In this document: positions 26,905 through 32,000 of the stretch, piece after piece
Layout: the number at the start of each line of letters is the position of its first letter
How positions within the stretch are numbered: position 1 is the stretch's first letter
Translations under genes and position numbers: made by a program
From: Candidatus Saccharimonadota bacterium
GTDB taxonomy: Bacteria > Pseudomonadota > Gammaproteobacteria > Burkholderiales > Burkholderiaceae
Direction of reading: 5' to 3'
DNA length: 32,000 nt
Assembly: GCF_964019745.1 (NCBI RefSeq)
Contig: NZ_OZ026462.1
Span: 90,001 to 122,000, forward strand
The notes under the pieces: model-generated
Databases searched by the model: none
Told to the model about the DNA's origin: nothing
The model's input: the letters and a program-made list of their open reading frames with translations, nothing else

Positions 26905-29157
26905 TTATCTAATATTTTTAACAGATTTTACTATATTAGTTAATACTGAAGAAATTTCTTTCCAAGAACGAGTTTTTAAACCACAATCAGGGTTTATCCA
27001 TAAATTTTTATCAGGAATGAAATTACGAGCTTTATTAATTAAATTAGAAATTTCTTTAACATTTGGAATTCTTGGAGAATGAATATCATAAATTCCTGGA
27101 CCTATATCATTAGGATAATTAAAATTATTTAATAATTTCATATTTGATTTAGCAGTTTCTATAGTAATAACATCAGCATCCATTTTAATAATCCAATTTA
27201 ATATATCATTAAATTCTGAATAACACATATGTGTATGAATTTGCGTTTTATCATTTACAAATGAAAAAGTTATTTTAAATGCATATATAGCCCATTTTAA
27301 ATATTCTTTCCATTTAGATTTTTTTAAAGGTAATCCTTCTCTTAAAGCTGGTTCATCAATTTGAATAATACTTATCCCTGCTTTTTCCAAATCTCTCACT
27401 TCTTTCCTTAAAGCTAAAGCGATTTGTAAAGCAGTAATTCTTTTTTCTTGATCATTTCTAACAAAAGACCAAAATAACATTGTTATTGGACCAGTTAACA
27501 TACCCTTTACTGGTTTTTTTGTTAAACTTTGAGCAAATTCACTTAAATAAGTAGTCATAACTTTTGGTCTATATACATCACCATATATAAATGGTGGTTT
27601 TACACAACGAGAACCATAACTTTGCACCCAACCATTAAAAGTAAAACCAAAACCTGATAATTGTTCACCAAAAAATTCTACCATATCATTACGTTCAGAT
27701 TCACCATGCACTAATACATCTAATCCAAACTCTTCTTGTTTTTTAATTACAAAATGAATTTCTTTTTTAATTTTTTTTAAATATTCTAAATAACCAATTC
27801 TTCCAGATTTATAATTAAATCTTAATTTTCTAATTTTAGAAGTTTGAGGGAAAGAACCAATAGTTGTTATAGGAAAATTAGGAAGATTTAAATTTTTTTT
27901 TTGTATAACTATTCTTTTTGTAAAAGTAGAATTACGATTAATATTTATTTTTTGTATTTTATCTATAGCAATTTTTACTAAATTATTATGAATTCTTATA
28001 GATTTTTTTTTACTTTTAACAATTTTTTCTGAAGATATAAAATATTTTATTATTTTATAAAAATTACCAAAAAAAGCTTCTTTAATAATAAAAATTTCAT
28101 CTAATTTTTGAATTGTAAAAGATAACCAAGATTTAATTTCAGAATCAATAAATTTTTCATATTTTAAATCTATAGGTACATGTAGACAAGAACAACTAGA
28201 AGATATCCATAATTTATTACCAAATTTTTTATAAAATGGTCTTAATTTAAAAAATGCACTTTTTAAATCAGAACGCCAAATATTTCTTCCATCTACTATA
28301 CCAATAGATAAAATCTTATTTATAGGCCAAAATTTTAAAAAATTTTTTAATTGAGAATTTCCATAAACAGCATCAATATGAATACCATAAATTGGTAATT
28401 CTTTTAAATAAAAAAAATTTTCTTTATTTATTGAATCAAAATAAGTTGTTAATAATAAAAATGGATAATAATTTCCTAATTCTATATAAGTTTTTTTAAA
28501 AGCATCTAACCATAAATTATCTAATTCTAACGTTAAAATAGGTTCTTCTATTTGAATTAATGAAATATCTTTTCGTTTTAATCTTCTTATAATATTTTTA
28601 TAAGAAATAAGTAATTTAGGTAATAAATCTAATTTATGTGATAAACCATATTTAATTTTTCCTAAATATAAAAGAGTTAATGGACCTAATAATACAACTT
28701 TAATTTTTTTATCTTTTGTATAAGCATTAAAAATTTCCTCAAATAACCAAGTTGCATCTCCTTTAAAAAGAATATCTGGAGACCATTCAGGAACTAAATA
28801 ATGATAATTAGTATTAAACCATTTTGTCATTTCCATAGCTAAATGATTTTTATCTCCACGAGCCATAATATAATATTTTCTTAAATTTATTTTTCTAGGA
28901 TTAAATTTAAAACGTGTAGGAATAGCACCAAATAAAACTAATGTACTTAAAACATGATCATACCAAGAAAAATCACCAACAGTAATATAATCCATATTAG
29001 AATTAATTTGAGCATCCCAATTTATTAAGCAAATTTCTTTACCAATATCCCTTAAAGATTTTTCATTGATTTTTTTTATCCAAAAAGATTCCATAGCAAA
29101 TTTAAGCTCTCTATTGCTACCGATTCGAGGGAATCCTAAAACATGTGCTACACTCAT
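26905..29157 (-). CDS. metE: cobalamin-independent methionine synthase (5-methyltetrahydropteroyltriglutamate-homocysteine methyltransferase)
   Basis: VLGFPRIGSNRELK N-terminus. Zn-site context HTHMCYSEFNDI, ITIETAKSN and NPDCGLKTR is retained. 750 aa. Confidence 0.97.
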   Translation of the reverse strand: MSVAHVLGFPRIGSNRELKFAMESFWIKKINEKSLRDIGKEICLINWDAQINSNMDYITVGDFSWYDHVLSTLVLFGAIPTRFKFNPRKINLRKYYIMARGDKNHLAMEMTKWFNTNYHYLVPEWSPDILFKGDATWLFEEIFNAYTKDKKIKVVLLGPLTLLYLGKIKYGLSHKLDLLPKLLISYKNIIRRLKRKDISLIQIEEPILTLELDNLWLDAFKKTYIELGNYYPFLLLTTYFDSINKENFFYLKELPIYGIHIDAVYGNSQLKNFLKFWPINKILSIGIVDGRNIWRSDLKSAFFKLRPFYKKFGNKLWISSSCSCLHVPIDLKYEKFIDSEIKSWLSFTIQKLDEIFIIKEAFFGNFYKIIKYFISSEKIVKSKKKSIRIHNNLVKIAIDKIQKININRNSTFTKRIVIQKKNLNLPNFPITTIGSFPQTSKIRKLRFNYKSGRIGYLEYLKKIKKEIHFVIKKQEEFGLDVLVHGESERNDMVEFFGEQLSGFGFTFNGWVQSYGSRCVKPPFIYGDVYRPKVMTTYLSEFAQSLTKKPVKGMLTGPITMLFWSFVRNDQEKRITALQIALALRKEVRDLEKAGISIIQIDEPALREGLPLKKSKWKEYLKWAIYAFKITFSFVNDKTQIHTHMCYSEFNDILNWIIKMDADVITIETAKSNMKLLNNFNYPNDIGPGIYDIHSPRIPNVKEISNLINKARNFIPDKNLWINPDCGLKTRSWKEISSVLTNIVKSVKNIR

Positions 29158-29216
29158 GAAAAACTTTTTAAAAATGAATATTATTTATATTATTCATCAA
29201 AAACACTTTAAAAATT

Positions 29217-30059
29217 TTAATAAAAATTCAAATTTTTGCATATTTTTATAGTAGCATAAGGATTATTTAACGTATAAAAATGTAATTTAGAAACGCCATT
29301 TTCTAATAACTTTTGACACATTTCTGTTATTAAATCAATACCAAAAGATTTAATAGAATTTATATCATTTTTATAATCTAATAATTTTAAATGAATCCAT
29401 TTAGGAATTTCTGAACCACAAATATTAGAAAATCTTTTTAATTGAGAATAACTAATTATTGGCATAATTCCTGGTATTATTGGAATATAAATACCTAATT
29501 TTTGTATATTATCTACAAAATTAAAATAAGCATCTATATTATAAAAATATTGAGTAATTGCTGAATTAACTCCTAATCTTACTTTTTTAATAAAATAATA
29601 TATATCTTTAAAAAAAGAATTTGTTTCAAAATGTTTTTCAGGATAAGCAGCAACTTTAATATTAAACCAATTACCAGTATTAAATTTAATAAATTTTATT
29701 AATTCCTCAGCATAATTAAAATTATTTAAATTTTTTTTTTCTTTATATTTTTTTATAATATCTCCTCTTAAAACAACTATATCTTTAATACCCATAGATT
29801 TATACTGATAAATTATAGATTTTAAAGTATTTTTTGTATTTCCAATACATGAAATATGAGGAACAACATTATATCCATTTTTAAAAATTTCTAAAACAGT
29901 ATTAAAAGTTCCATATTGAGTATTATTACATGTACCATGTGTAACAGAAAAAAAAGTAGGATTTAATTTTGATAATTTATTCATTGTAAATCGCAAATTA
30001 TTAATACCTTCAATAGTTTTAGGAGGGAAAAATTCCACACTAAATTTTTTTAATAACAT
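29217..30059 (-). CDS. metF: 5,10-methylenetetrahydrofolate reductase
   Basis: FSVEFFPPKT ... FFSVTHG ... VPHISCIG ... VVLRGD ... VAAYPEKH ... AITQYFYN ... IIPGIMPI ... HFYTLN, collinear with E. coli MetF. Confidence 0.93.
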   Translation of the reverse strand: MLLKKFSVEFFPPKTIEGINNLRFTMNKLSKLNPTFFSVTHGTCNNTQYGTFNTVLEIFKNGYNVVPHISCIGNTKNTLKSIIYQYKSMGIKDIVVLRGDIIKKYKEKKNLNNFNYAEELIKFIKFNTGNWFNIKVAAYPEKHFETNSFFKDIYYFIKKVRLGVNSAITQYFYNIDAYFNFVDNIQKLGIYIPIIPGIMPIISYSQLKRFSNICGSEIPKWIHLKLLDYKNDINSIKSFGIDLITEMCQKLLENGVSKLHFYTLNNPYATIKICKNLNFY

Positions 30060-30221
30060 ATTTAATGTGTATAAAATAATAAAAATTATTTATATTTTTT
30101 TTAAATTTTAATAAATTTAAATAATACTACAAAAAATATATAAAATATAAAATTTATTTTTTTTTATTAATAATAATTAAATTCTTATAAAAAAAATAAT
30201 ATATAAAAAATAAATATAAAT

Positions 30222-31094
30222 ATGTTTAAAAATATATTTTTAAAATATTTTTCTTTAACAAAACCAAAAATTACATTTTTAGTTATTTTTTGTACTGTTA
30301 TAAGTATGTTTCTAGCTATAAATAAACATTTTTATTTAAAAAAAATAATATTTTCTACCATAGGAATATGGTTAATATCAAGCTCAGCATTTATAATTAA
30401 TTGTTTAATAGAAAAAAAAAGAGATATTTTAATGAAAAGAACTCAAAATAGAGCAACAGCTAAAAATAAAATAAATATTTATATAATTTTATTAATTTTT
30501 AGTATATTTAATTTATCAGGAATATATTTTTTATATACTTTTGTTAATAAATTAACAATGTGGTTAACTATAATAACATTTATAGGATATTCTATAATAT
30601 ATACAATATTTATAAAACCTTTTACATCATATAATATAATAATAGGAGGTTTACCAGGAGCTTTACCACCAATATTAGGATGGGCAACTATAAAAAATAC
30701 AATTTTTTCAATAAAACCTTGGATACTTGTATTAATAATTTTTTTTTGGACACCACCACATTTTTGGTCATTAGCTATGTTTTATAAAAAAGATTATATA
30801 AAATCAAAATTACCAATACTTCCAATAACTCATGGAGAAAAATTTACAAAAATTAATATTTTTATATATACTATTATAGTATTTATAATTTCACTAATAC
30901 CATTTTTTATTAAAATGAGTGGTTATATATACATATATATAACAATATTATTAAATTTAATTTTTATAAAATATTCATGGAATTTATTTTATAAATATAC
31001 AAATTATATTACATTAAAAACATTTAAATATTCAATATATTATTTATTTTTAATGTTTATTACATTATTAATAGATCATTATTATTTTTTTTAA
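30222..31094 (+). CDS. cyoE: protoheme IX farnesyltransferase (heme O synthase), CyoE/CtaB family
   Basis: LTKPKITFLV, MKRTQNRATA, GGLPGALPPILGWA, FFWTPPHFWSLA. Polytopic membrane profile. CyoE and CtaB cannot be distinguished from sequence alone. Confidence 0.9.
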   Translation: MFKNIFLKYFSLTKPKITFLVIFCTVISMFLAINKHFYLKKIIFSTIGIWLISSSAFIINCLIEKKRDILMKRTQNRATAKNKINIYIILLIFSIFNLSGIYFLYTFVNKLTMWLTIITFIGYSIIYTIFIKPFTSYNIIIGGLPGALPPILGWATIKNTIFSIKPWILVLIIFFWTPPHFWSLAMFYKKDYIKSKLPILPITHGEKFTKINIFIYTIIVFIISLIPFFIKMSGYIYIYITILLNLIFIKYSWNLFYKYTNYITLKTFKYSIYYLFLMFITLLIDHYYFF

Positions 31095-31100
31095 AAAAAA

Positions 31101-32000
31101 TTATTTTTTTTTAATCATTTTTTTAAAATTAATCCATTTTTCAAATTGTTCTTCTGAAATATAACCTAATTCTAAAGCTGATTTTTTTAAAGTAATATTT
31201 TTATTATAAGCATTTTTAGCTATTTTAGCAGCTTTATCATAACCTATATAAGGAGTTAAAGCTGTAACTAACATCAAAGAATTTTTTAATAAAAAATTTA
31301 TTCTTTTAAAATTTGCTTTTATACCTTTAATACAAAATTTTTCAAAATTAATCATACCATCAGTAAGTAAACGAATACTTTGTAAAAAATTATAAATAAT
31401 TAACGGTTTAAAAACATTTAATTGAAAATTCCCAGAAAATCCTCCTATATTTATAGAAACATCATTACCAAAAATTTGTGCACATAACATAGTTATAACT
31501 TCACATTGTGTAGGATTAATTTTTCCTGGCATTATTGAACTTCCAGGTTCATTTTCAGGAATTATAATTTCTCCTAATCCACATCTAGGTCCAGAAGAAA
31601 GCCATCTTATATCATTAGCAATTTTCATTAAAGTAGAAGATAAAGTTTTTAATACACCATGTGAAAAAACTAAAATATCATGATTTGATAAGGAAGAAAA
31701 TTTATTAGAAGAAATTTTAAATTTACATTTATAAAAAGAATTTAATTCTTTTACTACTAATTTATCAAAATTAATATGAGTATTAAAACCAGTACCTACA
31801 GCAGTTCCACCAATAGCTAATTCTTTAATACCTTCTAACATAAAAATAATAGATGATTTAACGTATTCTAATTGACTAACATATGCAGAAAATTCCTGTC
31901 CTAATGTTAAAGGTATAGCATCTTGTAAATGAGTTCTACCAATTTTTATAATATCTTTAAATTCTTCTGACTTTAATTTTAAAGAAAAAATTAATTTTTC
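31101..32000 (-). CDS. fumC: class II fumarate hydratase, C-terminal about 299 codons (5' end beyond the right edge)
   Basis: [15 protein letters not shown] signature. The same frame stays open upstream of the track's Met to position 32000 and reads ..[27 protein letters not shown].., typical of FumC. Confidence 0.9.
   Translation of the reverse strand, partial: EKLIFSLKLKSEEFKDIIKIGRTHLQDAIPLTLGQEFSAYVSQLEYVKSSIIFMLEGIKELAIGGTAVGTGFNTHINFDKLVVKELNSFYKCKFKISSNKFSSLSNHDILVFSHGVLKTLSSTLMKIANDIRWLSSGPRCGLGEIIIPENEPGSSIMPGKINPTQCEVITMLCAQIFGNDVSINIGGFSGNFQLNVFKPLIIYNFLQSIRLLTDGMINFEKFCIKGIKANFKRINFLLKNSLMLVTALTPYIGYDKAAKIAKNAYNKNITLKKSALELGYISEEQFEKWINFKKMIKKK

Noticed and set aside
29066-29251. 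61-aa plus-strand ORF spanning the metE start and metF end
   Set aside because: It overlaps two well-supported minus-strand genes and the spacer between them, and has no recognisable features.
1-32000. Alternative genetic code (UGA=Trp), as recalled for several tiny symbionts
   Set aside because: All roughly 46 genes are full length under the standard code, with no internal TGA. Spot-checked Trp codons are all TGG. TGA appears only as the terminal codon of rplD and rplW.
1-32000. Promoter (-10/-35) calls
   Set aside because: TATAAT-like hexamers occur every few nucleotides at this composition, so no individual promoter call can be supported from sequence alone.

Overview
The window is extremely A+T-rich, roughly 13-15% G+C by eye (not computed), and almost completely coding. 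This is the signature of a highly reduced obligate intracellular, insect-symbiont-type genome. EF-Tu carries residue patterns I remember as Burkholderiales/betaproteobacterial ([73 protein letters not shown]), so I infer a betaproteobacterium-derived symbiont with Zinderia-like composition. Unlike what I recall for Zinderia and Nasuia, UGA is not used as a sense codon here.

Content from left to right:
- thiC 5' end (-) and valS (+).
- An uninterrupted 17.8-kb minus-strand block of 32 translation/transcription genes (2907-20704): rpsL-rpsG-fusA-tuf, then the S10, spc and alpha operons including secY and rpoA. It is preceded by rpmB-rpmG.
- A 963-bp spacer of about 99% A+T, full of tandem arrays and palindromes.
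- A small mixed-strand cluster: apaH-like, yggX, tRNA-His, yqhA-family and a class II tRNA.
- gyrA (+), metE and metF (-), cyoE/ctaB (+) and a 5'-truncated fumC (-).

Three small r-protein genes missing from the ORF track (rpmJ, rpmD, rpmG) and two tRNAs were found by hand.

I find no mobile element, CRISPR array, defence or toxin system, or novel multi-gene system. The window is conserved core plus nutritional genes (Met, thiamine).

The points worth a second look are:
- the pure-A/T spacer and its internal structure;
- an RpoA lacking the whole C-terminal domain;
- an ApaH homologue whose metal and catalytic ligands have been replaced by single GC-to-AT changes;
- a tRNA-Ser-like gene with an A34 (AGA) anticodon;
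- very long in-frame poly(A)/poly(T) tracts inside essential genes;
- a secY with no usable ATG;
- stop-codon usage of TAA everywhere except two ATGA junctions.
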